DNA from: Trichoplax adhaerens
Lineage: Eukaryota; Animalia; Placozoa
DNA length: 64,000 nt
Direction of reading: 5' to 3'
Assembly: GCF_000150275.1 (NCBI RefSeq)
Contig: NW_002060949.1
Span: forward strand, 3,292,449-3,356,448
Part shown: positions 13,799 through 29,117 of the stretch, one piece after another
How positions within the stretch are numbered: the first letter of the stretch is position 1
Layout of the letters: each line of letters opens with the position of its first letter
Translations under genes and position numbers: made by a program
Notes under the pieces: generated by a model
The model's input: the letters and a program-made list of their open reading frames with translations, nothing else
The model's database searches: none
What the model was told of the DNA's origin: nothing

Positions 13799-16700
13799 CG
13801 TTTAAGTAGACAGATTGTAAGAGCTGTACAGCAGTGTCGAAAGTTTGTAATCGTTAATATTTTATAGAGAAGAAGTGGTGATTCGATGAGATGATTTAAT
13901 CCTAACAATTTCCAGTTGTGCACTTTACAATCTACTTTCTAGTAGCGGTTACGGAAATGAATCGTTACTTGAATTATATTACTACCGACACGATCATTCT
14001 AGAATGAATCACTTCGGTCATTCCACAGCCGGATAAGAAAATATTGGTAATAAAAGAATGATTTTCCACTCTATACAATCAAGAAGAAATAGAAACTACT
14101 TCAAAGAGTGTTATATTATTACATAAAAAAATGGAAAGTCAATCTGCTATAAGTGCTTTATATGTTGATAGAGTAGAAGGAAAAGCTGAAGTGTTGGAAT
14201 ATAAATATAAAATACTCTCTTTCTATAGAATCAATCTTGAAATGGAAGGAAATCGATTACATAGAATTCTTCGTGTGAAAAGGATTATCGCATAGTAGTT
14301 AAAAAGGATTAGGTAAAGTGACAGCGACCCGTTGAACTTATCTCCACCGTAAACGAATTGAAAAGAAAAGCAATGCAAACGATATGCTGAGAATTTAAAG
14401 CAAAATCTTGCTATTTGAACTTGCTACACGCGTAAATATACTATAGAAGAATCAGTTAGTATGGACCAAAGGTAGCGTTCAGGCTGAATGGGGGGTGGGG
14501 GGGGGGGCTGGAAAGAATATTAGATAGAAAATCAAATCTTACCAATAGATTATACTGTAAATTCAGGGAAAGCCTTAATTATTTCCACTTTGGATGGCGA
14601 GAAACCAAAAAAAGCTATTTAAAATTTTAGGAAACTTTTAATTTATAATTGTATTAGCCAGAACCTGTTGTAAAAACAAATGCTAGGATTAATTAGTTGC
14701 AATCAAATAGTAATTTCAAACTGAATAGAAATATGAAGATCTTAATCTTAGCTCTTCCATGCTTAGATTAATTATTACTATTAAGGAATTTTGATACTGA
14801 ATTTGAAGCATTCCTTTAAATTCTTGTAGAAGGGTTAAGTTAACAGCTTTTGATAATGACTAGTATCAGCTTTTATATTGTGGTTTTCTTCTCAGAAAGA
14901 GTACAACATGTTGATACAATTACATGTGCACGTAGTATTATGTTAAAATTTAAAATTTATATAATGTTAAGCCTAATGTAGAAGACGATGATGCTATTAA
15001 ATCGATTAAAGATCAGAAATATTCGTGTAGTGGCGTCGTCAATGCCATGTGGTATCGGAAAGGCTCAAAGTAAAATTATAGGTAGGTTTTAGTCTTGATG
15101 GACTGATTTCGAACATTTTTGTTTAACTGCAATAAGTTAATTAATCAAATAGCTACACGAAGGTTTTCTATGAAACGAAATGAATTATAATCTAGCTTAG
15201 CAAGCATGAAATCTATAAATGGATTCACAAGTCATTTTAAATAAAGGACTAGTTACTTCTAAAGCTCAAATTTTATAAACCCTGGTCAGGAAATAAGCAA
15301 TAACTCTATTCTCAACTTTCATTACTTACAGATATATTAGTAAAGTTGGCTAGATAGTGGCTAATAGCGTTTAATAATTGGATCACTGACTTGCTCCACA
15401 ATTACAAATACTAACTTTTAAAGGCCTAAAGAGTTTTAAGTTTTCATGTTTAAATCAAGTAAACGACGCAAAAATTGTCTAAAACTTCCTCTTTTGAGTG
15501 CAGTTTAAAAGTAATCGCGGCTAAATTCTCGACTGTTGATACTTGGCAGGCACAGGTATACTGGTGTAATGAATTTCAATCCGATGCAGTTAAGGAACGA
15601 GTATAAATTTCAAGATAAATCTCCAAATTCTTTTAGTTTATCAATAGAAAACGAAGTTAAACGGTTGTCGAAGAGTTGAGTACTGCACAGTATGTTTATT
15701 AGTTCTGAAATGATGCCAGTTTTATTTAGGGAATTAATAATGATACTATTTGGACTTATTATCACCAGAGTCGTAAATATCCATAGATTGTTTTACATAC
15801 TTTCTCTCCGGCTTCTTATTAAGGATTCTTGATGACAACTATAAGACTCATAGTTCAATCGACTTATAAGATTGTGATCCTATAGAGAGCTATATCGATG
15901 CTATATTACTCTAATTTATTGTATAGATTGAAAAGTCTACGGCAGATAATTTAGCGTGATATTATTGGATCTGTTCATGCAGATCTACCGAAGGGCATTC
16001 TAACAACACGGTATTCTATTTTCACATTGTAGAATTTGATTCAAGGATAAAGAGAGAAATTCTAATATTATACACCTATTTCATTTTTCCTGTAAAGTCA
16101 AGAATTAAAACCTTTCGGAGATGCTTGAGTATTGGATTATTTGAGTAGTTTACTGATATTTTGTAATCTTTCGAATAACGTTGGAAGCTCTTGGGTACAT
16201 GGAGAAAGTTTGATTTACACTCTTATTGGGCATAATATCGTCAATGCGATGAAAGAAAGTGTTATTGAGAAATTGACTAGTTTCCATTACAACAAATAAT
16301 AAATAATCACCAATTTAGTTCGATGTGATTTTAAACTAATTTAGACTTTGTCAGATCTTTTTAAATCAGCGTTGATAAAATTGCTTGTATCATTAAATGG
16401 AAGCTTTTGACATACATCTCAACTTACAAACCTTATCCTATGGTCTTAAGTAATAAAATCTGTCAATGGTTGATTTAATTGCAATTCATTACTTGGTATT
16501 TGAAGAAAACGATAGATGATTTGAGCCAGAATTATGGAATATAATCACTTTCTATAGGTTGTCTCAAAGTCCTTTCACGAGGAGTAAATTGATAGATGTA
16601 CACGTAAAATGAATGAAAATATTCTAATTTACATTTCTATTGAAAAGAAACGTTGCCTGAATAGGATTCGTGATTGTTAATAGTGTTTAATCAAGACTAT

Positions 16701-17280
16701 TCAAAATTCAAGGTAAGTAAACAGAAAATTGTTGATTTCAATCATCATAAACAACTGCAGCTGATCCTTTTAATATTAGTCATAAATTCCTCATCAGTAT
16801 TCATGAGTTCTTAGATTTCCATTAATTGGTGATAACTGGTTATAGTATTCGTATTTTTCATTGGAATGTATTATGTCAATAAGATAATATGGGCGTTCTA
16901 TAATACTTAATCTAAAGTCGTCATTTACTTTTTAGATGAGGTAGTACAAAAATTTTCAAATGATCTCATTTGACGACTAATTGAACAAGTTAGAAATTAG
17001 GATTAGGACTTGGTTCATTGATACCGAATTCTTAGTCATTAATGTTTTGGTATGAAATTAGAATAAGGATTTATATAAGAATAATGAGCATGAAAAATCT
17101 ACAGTGGTCTTGCATAAAAACCTGGTTGATGATTATGAAATTACTACTAAAATATCCAGAATATATTAATCTCTCCTATTTTGATAGTTATGTTGTAGTG
17201 GGAATTTCTTTTGAAGATACTATCTAAATTTCGTATGCACTAAAGGACGCAAATATATTGATATCACTTTTCGGATAAAA

Positions 17281-17505
17281 TATTACTGAAGAAATGCCCA
17301 TAATACAGTATCAGTTCTAACCTAGAAATAACCACCAAAGTGGAAAAAGCAGATTAATCTCTTCACTTTTGAAATGTAATATTACTGAAGGAATACGTAT
17401 AAAATAGTTTCAGTTCTAACTCAGAAACTGCAACTAAAGCGCGTAATGTGGATTAATCACCTCACTTTCTAGAATATTACTGCGAAGTATCTTTAAAATA
17501 GGTTC
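17281..17505. repeat. ~99-bp tandem repeat x~2.3
   Basis: TATTACTG at 17281, 17380, 17476; TCAGTTCTAAC, GATTAATC and TCACTTT recur. Confidence 0.8.
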
Positions 17506-20500
17506 GATTATAGTCAAAATTGGCACCGAAGTATCTAAGTTTACTGTTCCTCTCACTAACATCGATGACTGTAGCGTAATTCGTTCTAAATTGAATGCCA
17601 TTTCTAACTTAAAATGAATACTAACAAATCTCTCGATTTAAATATTTAATAAGTGTTCTTGTCGAGATGACTGTAACTAACCCTAATCTCAACCAAAATT
17701 AATACTGAAAATACAATAAAATCAATACATTTGATTTTTTCACTGAAAGACTATTCTGGGAATGCCTACGGCTCCTGTATTAAGAAATGATTTATAGACT
17801 CCAATTAGGCTAGGAATACGGTTATTTACTGTAAATCTAAAGCTGAATTATAAGATTTCGATATCAGCTACGACTCAAATATCTGCAATGTACCCATCTG
17901 TAGCGTATATTTATTATATGCCATAGAGAAATATCTACAAGACAATGCAAGTCTTTCATAAACTCCAGTAGAATATAATTTCGAAATTAAGACCTTAACT
18001 TTATTTAACACTATTGGACTGATCTATCTCCTAGCTTAGCAACAAGTTATTATCAATAACGCTTAAAGAAGCCAAACAATACTAACTAAGCAAGCTGTTT
18101 TTCTTAGTGTTGTTGACATACTGAAGGTGGTGATTCATCGAATCACCTCCAAAAATATGCCGACTGCATATCACCAAGGTCAATAAATCCAATTCTAGCC
18201 TATAATACAAGAAATATACGAGCATATTGAAATAATGGATGACCTATTGCCCATCGTTTACTTTCAATAGATGGGAAATAATTTTTTCAGTACAAAAAGT
18301 ACGAATGCTACTATAGAGGATAATTACTCTGAGGAATAGGTAGGTGCTTGATTCAGAGCATAAGGTAATCGCTCTAGGCAATGTGATTGTATATCGACTT
18401 AAGTTAAATAAACTGTATTTATAATGTATCAAGGTTAGAACTAAGCCTTCATATAGTCTGTTAAATCAATATGGAGTGTAAACTTAGAAGGCTATTATCG
18501 GAGTTCAATCGGTCCGGATTTGGAATAAAAATATAGCCTAAATTATTGAACATTACATGCAAATTTTAAGATAGTGTAATACTGCTCAATTTATGTCCTG
18601 TGCAATTGCTGTTACAGATCTGAATGAGTAATAAAAGCAATTACGGATAAACATTCTAACTTCAATGATAAGGTTATCCAGTACTAATAAATCGGAATAA
18701 ATGCACTTTGAATGATTTAAATGCCAGCAAATTTACCCATAAAATGCCTTTTTAAAATGTTTTTCTCTTTCTGTTGGGGTCGAGTAGAAGCATGCACACA
18801 TGATGCATATTTGTGACTTTCTTGTAATTGTTTTCCTGTTGTTTTCATGAACATATGGATAGAATAAATATGTCTTTTATACTATAAGTCATTCAGAAGT
18901 CTTCTGCTCCAGATTACTTATTCTGCCACCTACGAAATTAAGATTGTTAATTTAATCATCCGTGTTAACAAATATAAATGGTATTTTGTAATTTAAAGTT
19001 TAAGAAGGGTTTTGCTAGAAGGCTAGAATCAATACCAATCTATTAAATTCAGAATAACTGTTAAGTATTGATTTAATGTTTATTTCAAGTAAACCAACAC
19101 ATACCCACAAATGCACAGAGACAATTGTAGCATCGATTCATGGCGATGACTTAAAATGATGCTTAGTAGTGTTATATTAATGTTGTTGCAATAGCATTGT
19201 ACTAAATTAATATTCATCGCACGGCAAATATAACAATTACGTCAGAATGAGTGGTTTCACTGTTTCTTTCTAACTATACCATCATGGTGTTGATTTATTA
19301 TTTATACAGTATATTAATTATGAGTTACTAAATTCTTTATTAGATTAATAATATCTAGTACAAGTAAAGTTGTCCGTTCAAGTTATTAGATGTCAATATT
19401 TCTATAGATAAATATTTTAACTTTAATATATACGATAAGTAGTTAATTTGAATAGTCCGTTATATTCGTAATTGACTGCAATTTACCTTAAGTTAAAGAA
19501 GATTGGATGTATCGATGAATATGAAGACTGTTGTCTTATCTCAAATAGTATTTCTAGCAGTAATCAACTGTTTTATTGCAATTCTTCATAGCAAATGTTA
19601 TGCATATCCTCTCAATTCTATTAATATCATTAAAAATGAATTAATTATTTATAGGCTATGGAATGGCCAAAAACTAAAGGATGGCTATCCTATGATACAG
19701 CGTTAAAGCCAACTCAAATAGCCTCAACTCTGAGCTTGCTTAATACTTACTATATGCCAAATATCATTGCTTATTAGCAGCAGAAAGATCGCTATTGCGC
19801 ATTTATTATTTTACTAACTTTTTTTGTAGCTCTTTGGCACTTTAATATCACATATACTAACTATACTTACGCTTTCTAAATCTTCCTGTCCAAGAATACG
19901 ATATTCACTACTCTTTGCAACTCAAGTTTGCAATTATTAAATAGCTGAAATTTCAGTAATGCATTTCACGTTAGAAAGACCATGTTAATTACTAGGATTC
20001 AGACCAACAAACAGTAAACGAGCAGTTTTCATGCATAACTAAAAGTGATCGATTTTAAAATATCTTAGATTCTTCTTATGACTTCTTGAAAAAAAATAGC
20101 GATTTGCATGATGGCCACAATATAGTATTTTATTTATGCGAGTAATATAATAGAAGCTTATAAATAAAATTGATAACTATTAGCAAAACTGATCGCAGAC
20201 AAGCAATATGACTTTACTAAACAGATTTATTTGTAACATTTCATGCATTATATTGTCATGTACGTATATGCTACCAAGGATTTTGCACAGTAAAGCGAAG
20301 GTAACTCTGTTACTTTCATTGAATTGATTGATTATTAAATGTATCTGCCGCAAGTAACAGTATACTTGAACACTTACAGTGGGGGTAGAGGCAGGTTATG
20401 TAGTAGACTAGAAATATAATAAAATAGCAAGTACCGGTATAAATTATTCTAGTCTATGTACTCTTATGCGTGATTTAATTAAAACATTTTCATTATCGAA

Positions 20501-20998
20501 TGAATTTGAAATAAAAACTGTTAAAATAAAAATCGGGAAATTAATCTTACAGATATACAATCATAGGTGACTTAGAACAAAGATCTTCTACGCTTTTTTT
20601 CGAGCCTTTGATACTTTGCAAATTTAATAAAATCATGACTCGATACTAAAGGCTACAAAGCTACAAAATTTTTTCCATGGATACCCGTCGACTATAATTA
20701 GTCAAATACAAAGTTTCAGATGTTGGTTCAATACAAGCGCAGGTAAAATCGATTAAAGCTTTACAATAATGGATAAAGAATGTTCATTTCGGAGGATTAG
20801 TCTTCTAAAAGGCTTAGTGATGCTCTTGGTTAGTAACACCGGCTAATTATAGTTAAAATTAACGAAAGCATAAAGAAGAATAACAAGACAGATGTGTTAG
20901 AAATAGTGAGCAGACTGTCATGATGAGACCCTTGATTAATAATTCCTTTATTTTATATTGACGATGTCGAATAAAACTAGTGAAACATTGAGAAAAGC

Positions 20999-23900
20999 CT
21001 AAACGTTGGGATTGGTTGAAGATGTTTCTTGACCATCTTCGCTAGTATTAAATACAAAATCATTATTTTTATTGGGTTTAGTCTCTGTTTGAAGATCTTT
21101 TTTCTCTACTCCTACTTGCATGATATCCCTTATCATCTGAGATTGCCGGTGGATACGCATCTCTCGTTTCTCTCGCTTTTTTCTCTCGCATCGATCACAT
21201 AAATAAGTAATAATTTCGCATAGAGTGATGATACTAGCGCCAATAAATAATCCTAATTGACCTCCTACATCACCTTGAATAAGCATATACATTTTTTAAT
21301 GTTGATGCACATCTATTACTCTATATCATCTTGATACACTAAGCTGGGCTTTGATATGATTTACTGACAGATATACGTATTCCTTGAATAGGAATATCCT
21401 ATAACCAGTAGTAATTTATCTTGTAATAAAAGATACGTAGAGTGACTGTCAATAAAATTGATTTATTCTAACTGAAAATATGCTGATATATTATTAGAAA
21501 AGTGATCTTACTGAAAGAATATGTTATTATTATTCTAAGTTACCAATCAATGCTGAAACAATCTACAATCTATAAGGCTTTAATAAATAGTTAATTATGC
21601 GGCAAATCAACTTTACTAACTTAAAACTTGGGCGTATCCTGTTGCTTTAGACTCCGTCGTTGTTGATGTTATAAGCTCTCGAAAGTAGACATCCAAATAA
21701 ATTAAATTTTCTCTAAAATCAGAATGTAAGTAAACGTATGGAAAGATTACTTAATTTTAGTGCTAGATTAAAGAAGTACTGTGACATTGTTATATACTGT
21801 ATTAGAGTAGAAATATCTATGTTAGGATGATTCTGTTAGCCTATCCTTATTTAGTTAACTTCTAATTTGGATATACTGTGTTTTAATATAGCACTGATTT
21901 ATTATGACAGTGGCATAGATACACATACTGAAATTAATAGTTATAATAGGGAATGCAAATGATCTACTTACAGTTCGAATCATTGTGATTGTAACTTACT
22001 TATAGTAGACTGTAAATTATCGTGGAAATGTTCCGTGATAGGACATATCGTAATTTGACTATTCTGTATTAGTCATCAGATGTCTATGTTCGTAAATACT
22101 GTTGTCGCCATTAGGGGAGCAGTAGCTATAATTAATATCTAATTCAGTAAATGATTCCAAAGTTAATCGTACTAACCAGGACTCATGAACTATTGAGGAA
22201 GAGTATATAAATGCAGTATATCGTGTAATAAAGAGGATTCTTAAACTTAGTGTTTAACGTAAATTACGAGGCGTCTAAGTCTTTGTGTAGTCTGCTAGTA
22301 GACCAAAAGTGTTTCTGATAGTGCAGATATCGTTCCTTGATACGTGGTTCAAGGAATTGACTTATTGATGGTATGTTACGTTATCTTGTTGCAAAGCTGT
22401 TTTGTGACAAGTACATATCATTAAAGCTCACTTTCAATGGTCTATGTATCTAAATGAAAATCTCAAAATTATTTATGAATAGATCAGAACGCTATCTCAC
22501 AAATTATGTTGGATCTGTAAATTGCATGAAACAACACTTTTTTAAGTTGACTGATTGTTACTACTTGTGAACTAAAGCTAACTTGATGATATTATGGAGA
22601 GTAGTCATTTTGCTTTAATAAATTTAGGGTAAAAAGCTAAAATTACCCTAAATGCTACCTCTAGTATTGGCACATCTCAAACCAGATATTTAAACATCTG
22701 AATAACTATTTATAGTGGTAAGCAAGGACTTTAATAATTTGCTATTCTTATCGCTTTATCAAGATAAATTGGCTATTGGCACATTTCAAGTCAGATATTT
22801 AAACGTCTGAATAATAATTTATAGTGACTTGCATGACTTTAATAACTTACTACTCTTGTCATCTTAATAAGTCAAGATACATTGGCTAATTTAGTTGGAT
22901 TTTCTTTAAAAAATGAGAGTCGATCATGTCAGGTATGTTTATATACATACCACTGTAATGGAAAGCATCATGATTAAATGATATCTACTGTAGATAAAGC
23001 TATAATTAGATCAGATGAAAGCTATTAAACTGGATGGAAATAATTGAATTATAACCGGAAATAGTTAACGTTGAAGGTAAAGATTTGATCTGTCATGCCA
23101 AAATTAGAGTTTACATCATCTTACCTATCGCAACAACCTACCGAATAAAGGCTTCTGAGGTATAATTTGGGTATTTTGAGGGATCGTTCTTTACCGAATC
23201 TAATAAATTGGCCAACTTGCCATTATGACTACTCGAATCAATTATGGCATTGGTGGCAATACCGGCGTAAGATAAGATGATTGGATATTCAGTTTGCTGG
23301 CATGGATACGGACAAAATGAGTTCAAAGTTTTTTTGTTTTCTGTATTAACTGAACGGATTCAAAGAAATTGAATTAAAGAAATGAAATAGCAATTATAGC
23401 TAAATGCTTATTTTGTATTAGTAATATTGAATTGATATAGATAATCATTGCAATTATGAACATATTTCCGTTTTTAGGCAACATATTTATTCACAATATC
23501 ATTTTATAGCGTACTTAATTTCGGTATGACACAAGTAAATGATTCTGAAATCGTACAAGGTGGCTTGCCTTTCAAGAAGGAAAAATAGAAATAATTCATT
23601 TTGCATCAATATAACTTAAAGTGTACAAGTAGAGTAAGTAGCTAAAAAAACTAGAAGTCATTAAAACCTGCTATTATCATGCTAGGAGAGTTTATAATGA
23701 GATATTTATGTATAGAATTGCTGCTATAGCTAATTCACCTGTTGCTTGCTGATAGCTACAGTTGCATTGCTGAGCAGCTAGATTGGCTTCAAATTCTCGT
23801 CTGCAAGCACTGCGTGAATAATAGCGAAAGTATTGAAGATTTTTCTGGCCACATTCACCCCATGGAGGACCTAAATTAGATAGTACCTAATGCACCAAAT

Positions 23901-26392
23901 TGTTAGCTCATATTAATAATCTGTTGACCGACAGTGGGATAGGATATATAAATTATTATGGTAATAACGAAATAAAAAATGAATTTTAACATTTGATTGT
24001 ATTATTAAATATCAAAGATAGTTATGGAGAGGAGATTTCAGGTATGGCTTGGTAACTGATAGATGTGTAAGATAGTACTAGGTAGTAATATTGAATGATT
24101 AAAGACTGGTCTTTCAAATACAATTTTAAGCCTAGCGCTGAAAGATTCTATTGTTCAAATGGATCTTGATTTCTCACTTAAATACTTTTGATATCGATCA
24201 TAAAATACACATGATATTTTCCTAATCATTTGATGGGCATAAAATAAACCTACATGTGTGTCGGTAATGGCAATATAACCATGCATTCCAGGAGGCACAA
24301 AGACGCCACGAGAACCCATATTTGCTATTTCATTGTAATGGTGCACAGAAAGGCGAATTCCAGCATCAGGTGTTAGAAATGATAAAGGTAATGTGGGATA
24401 AACATATTGCTGTACATTAATCGCTAATCGCAAGCCATGGGAAGATCCACTTATTGTCTGATATAGCAAAGGATATCCTTTCTGACCTGGAAAACATGGA
24501 AATGGCAAGTAACGATCCGTTAAATTTCAGAATTGGTTATAAATGAATTAAAGCTCCATAAGTATAACTTTGTTGTTTTACAAGTCTAAATTGCTCAATA
24601 TAAATTTCGTGGACAAATTGAAATCAATTCCATCAATACTACAGATTAAAATAGCTTAATGATTCTGTAGACATCGATTCTTACATATCCGAACTATAGA
24701 ATTGGTTGACCAAAAGGCTAGTTTGTTAATTATATTATTTACAATCATAGATCAGACCAGTTTAAAATTTAAAATTTAATACATAGATAGTTGGATCAAT
24801 TTAATCACTACTATGGATTAAATTTTGTTTCAGATGCTCGTGCGATTAGTTTATTTTTGACTACTTACAATGTCAAAATATTATTTATTACCGATTAAAA
24901 TAACGTAAAAATTCAACAAGTAATGACTTATACATGTTTTTATTTTTTTATAATTGGAAATCGATCCTCCTATGGCCAGCTACGCTAAATGTAGAGGTCA
25001 ATTTAACTATTACTATAAACTATCATAATCGAAAGACTTTATAGAAAACTACTGCTATGAAATGGATACAGCTCAACTTTTGAAAATAAATCACATATAC
25101 TTAGTTATAATAATAAGAAAATTGACTAAATTATTACCGTAGATTAAAATATTTTAAAAACTAAATGAAACATCTTTTGGATAGGCTTCAAAGACCTACA
25201 AATTAAGTACGATAGCTTAAAGCAGACTACAATAAATATGGAAACCAACTAGGCTGCTATAAAATAAGATAATTTAAGATTCAGTTGTGCATAATTTTTG
25301 CTAAACTTAATGTCTACGAATTAATTAGCTAAAAAACTAGCTACGCTATGTACATATTATGTCATACATTAACGTAATTTTATTGGTCAATAGGGAACGA
25401 TTTTTAATATGTACAGTATTGTAAAGCTAAGTAATTATGATTGTAACGTAAAATTAGATGAGTTTATAACATTTAATATGAATATGTAATCATTCTGTTA
25501 CTAATATGATGTACAAGAATTCACTGTGTGAAATAGCATAACCTAGATCATACCCTAAATATACTATATCTAGTAAAGTTCGCGTGTCACGATAGCATAT
25601 TATGTTATTAGTAGAAGTATATAAGCATAAGTTGAGTTATAAAAAGGGCTAATTTAAAATCTACTCTCGAATTAGCTAACTTGTAAAATGATAATGTAGA
25701 TACATAATGATTCTTATACTCGCATATCATAAAAAATCACTCCGCTTGGATCAATTATAAGTTTAAAGCTACTTTAAAATCGAATAGCCAAATATATGCA
25801 TCAAACCTGAATTAAAGGTATAACAAGTGCCATAATCAGTAATTACTTGACTAAAATTAGCCGATCCACAAGGTTCTTCTCCCCACTGACAAGACACAAT
25901 CATATCTTCTGCTTTAAATCGATATCTTGCAACATACTCTTCAAGACTGAAATTTTTGCCATAAACGCGATTGAAATAATTTTCGGCGCTCTGCAACTCT
26001 TGGTGCGTTATTTGATTTTTGGCATAGTAATGCCGATAGAGCAACATTGCATATTTTAACTCTTCTCTTGTATTGTCTATGCTAGCTATTAAATTGGTAT
26101 TGCAAAGGGTAACTGATGGAAATAAAGACTGGGTATTGTATTTGACTTTGATATTAACGCGTGTTGGATATAAAGAGGCATCGTAGACAATGATACAGCA
26201 TTGGACAAGACAAGCAATAGTCGAAACTAATGTAATGCCAAACCACATGCTACGACGAGATCCCTTAGTTTCAAAGATATGGGCAACGCCATGGCAAGTT
26301 GTTGAAGTAGCAAAGTTTTCCTCTAGATCAAATGATACTATATCTGTTTGACCATTAGATACTTTGCGCGGATTTTCGCTTTTAGAACCCAT
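20999..26392 (-). CDS. DEG/ENaC sodium channel subunit, paralogue 3 (7 coding exons, ~531 aa)
   Basis: Exons 26392-25807, 24486-24254, 23886-23739, 23568-23515, 23349-23142, 21712-21621, 21273-20999 (1596 nt), all GT-AG. Motifs: [58 protein letters not shown]. Confidence 0.95.
22665..22862. repeat. 110-bp tandem duplication (intron 5 of channel 3)
   Basis: TTGGCACAT.TCAA..CAGATATTTAAAC.TCTGAATAA twice. Confidence 0.85.
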
Positions 26393-28516
26393 AACACATC
26401 AGCATATAGTCCTGGATTCACAATGAAACAGCGATATGCAATTAAAAATTTTTTAAGAAGCAAATATCATTTGTCGATTATACTTATAATTAATAAAAAT
26501 TGTCATCTTTAACTTTGGTTAAAATATTGTCGGTATCTTAAAATATTTATCTAGTTCTGTAGAATACCGTATCAAATATGATCGAACAATTGTAGTTATA
26601 GAACCTTAAATTAGGCTTATTCAGCTCAGTTTTGACCGATATTACCAGTTTGGAATATTAAATCTTAGGGCATAAAGTTGTGATGATCAATAATATCGAG
26701 CTCAACTTTGTTATTTATCCTAATATTGGGTAAGATACGGTTATTAGCTAGAAATAAAATGTTCTAGCCGTGTACCGTAGCTAAAATTTTTCTGAGTAGA
26801 CAATCGAAAAGAATGTTTAAAATTTGGCTATTCTTGCAATAAGGAAAGGTCAAGTATAGGTTTATAGGTATATTTTCTTGACGAGGACTAATGTTGACTA
26901 TTATAATTATTCAACTTATTTTCCTTTCTTTTACGAATTAATCTGTGGTAACAGACGGAAATTTTCTCGTTACACTATGAAAATGGAATTTCTTTAAAAT
27001 TTTGCATTTTTACTTTTATGCAATGAAGATCATAGTAGAACGAGTAGCACTGCTATATGCTGGACGAAAACTAGTGTCGATTATGGCGAATATTAAATTA
27101 AACTTATTTTGATCTGATTCCTGGATAATCCTTCAGAAAGAATGATGGGTTTTAAAATTTACTATGTTTATAACCGAATGTGATATAATCTATCTTTGCG
27201 ATAATATATATTTTTTACAAGATTACTACTGTACTAATTGCTACGATTATTATATTACTTGATTTTCTTACTTTTGGTATTGAAGTATAATAAAATTACC
27301 TAATTAATTGATGCAGATTCTGAATAGTCCATCGATGAGGAGTGGGATCACCTTAATGTGTTGTAATTTTAACTTCTAACAGTGATCGATTCAACGCAGT
27401 CAGGTTACGATCGAGAAAAGGTTATTAATCTTGTTGCTGTTTGAAACCGACTCTGGGCGCAGTTTATTTAATAAATGAAATAAAAAGTAATAAAGCGAAT
27501 AGGAATGGCAACCACTACAACTGGCATTGTTCAGAATGTTAGCAATATGTTATATTAATAGACCAATATGGTAAGAATAAAAAAATTTTAGACTTAAGGC
27601 TAGCAAAATTTTAACTGGGTAAATACGTAATTAAATTAAGGTCCCACAATATAGACGGAAGTTATCCTTAATAGCCATAATCATTTTCAGTTTACGAGTA
27701 CAGTGTAGCTACGGAGCTTAATCTGGGATCAAGCTCTTAGGTATTTTACTATTATGCCAGCTAGTTTAGCATACGTATGGCAAAAAGTGGAAATACTGCC
27801 ATTCGTCAATCCTCAATAAAAGATGTCCTCATCTATATAATTTAAGTGGCGTTCACAAATCTCTCCGATTATATATGATATTATATATCGTAGCCTACAG
27901 CACACTTTTAAAATTGCTCTATCCCTATTTTAGCCTTTATAAATTGCAAGATAATTGACGGTATATTTTGTATTATGGCTGCTTGAAAATAAAAGAGTTG
28001 CTTATACTTCTTTAGGTAGGTCTACTCAGCAAAAAATATTTATCCTTATCCCTATCCACTAATTCCATAAAATCATACTAGTATGCTTATTCATTGATAA
28101 AATTCTGAAGATTACTAAACAAGAGTGATACCACAGGTGTATGCGATATTTTACTAACTAGTAGCATAGATTAAGATATACGGTACATGGCATATATCTA
28201 ATGACCATGGTGAAGGTAATAGAAGGGCTGGTAAAGTAGGTGACTAAGGCTGTGCTCAAGCCAGGAGTAACACATTGGTGTTGTAACCTGTAGTAATACG
28301 GCCATAATAACAAGATTAATTTTCGCTTATTAAATTTCTGAAAGGAAACATTTTTTGGGAATTAAAATTACTTAGTACCGGTACTTGTTTAGTAGCGATT
28401 GCATTAGAGTGTTATTCTTTCGCCCTTAAGAAAGGGGCTTGATAGCTTTTGCTGATTCAAATTGGTTTGCGATTGTGGCAAAAACCTAACCGCAAAGAAA
28501 GGGATTGTACTCGTAT

Positions 28517-29117
28517 ATGTATGAGAACTCGCTCTAAATTCGATTGTCAATCCATTCAATTGATGTTGCTGCATCTTATGGCAATATAACAGCTATTTAT
28601 CTGGATAGAACGAAGATTTAATTTCTATGTTTGCGAAATCACTCAAATTGAATTATTCACTGTTGGACAAAATTATCCCGATATTGCGACAATCTCCCTG
28701 GCTGTAATCACCCTGATGTTGTAAGGTCATATTATAACATCAGCTTAGCCTATACTGATCAAGGCAAGCATGTAGAAGCTATTTAAACGAATGAAAAGCC
28801 GCTCAAAATTCGTTTTATTAGCCTTTAGTCAAAAACATCCCGATGTTTCTGCATTATGCAACAATATCGGAAATGTTAATAGAAAGCAAGACACGCATGA
28901 AGATGCTCATTCTACGTACAAAAAATCACTTAGAATTCAGCTTTCAGCACTTGGCTGCAATCACCCTGATATTGCAAGATCATATTGTAACATCGCTCTT
29001 ACCGATGCCAATCAAGGCAGGCATAAAGCCACAGCACTTATGCGCGATAAGTAGTTTAAAATTCTATCATTAGTGCATGGACATGACCACCCTAATATTA
29101 CTGGATCATATGGCAAG
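28517..29117 (+). pseudogene. Degenerate 42-aa TPR repeat fragment
   Basis: Reads MYENSL*IRLSI...DVAASYGNI... with an in-frame stop and frameshifts. ORF 28791-29054 has KKSLRIQLSALGCNHPDIARSYCNIA, matching the repeat consensus of 38891-42916. Confidence 0.85.

Noticed and set aside
18129-18147. GGTGATTC-ATC-GAATCACC hairpin
   Set aside because: An 8-bp stem is expected by chance in 64 kb; no context.
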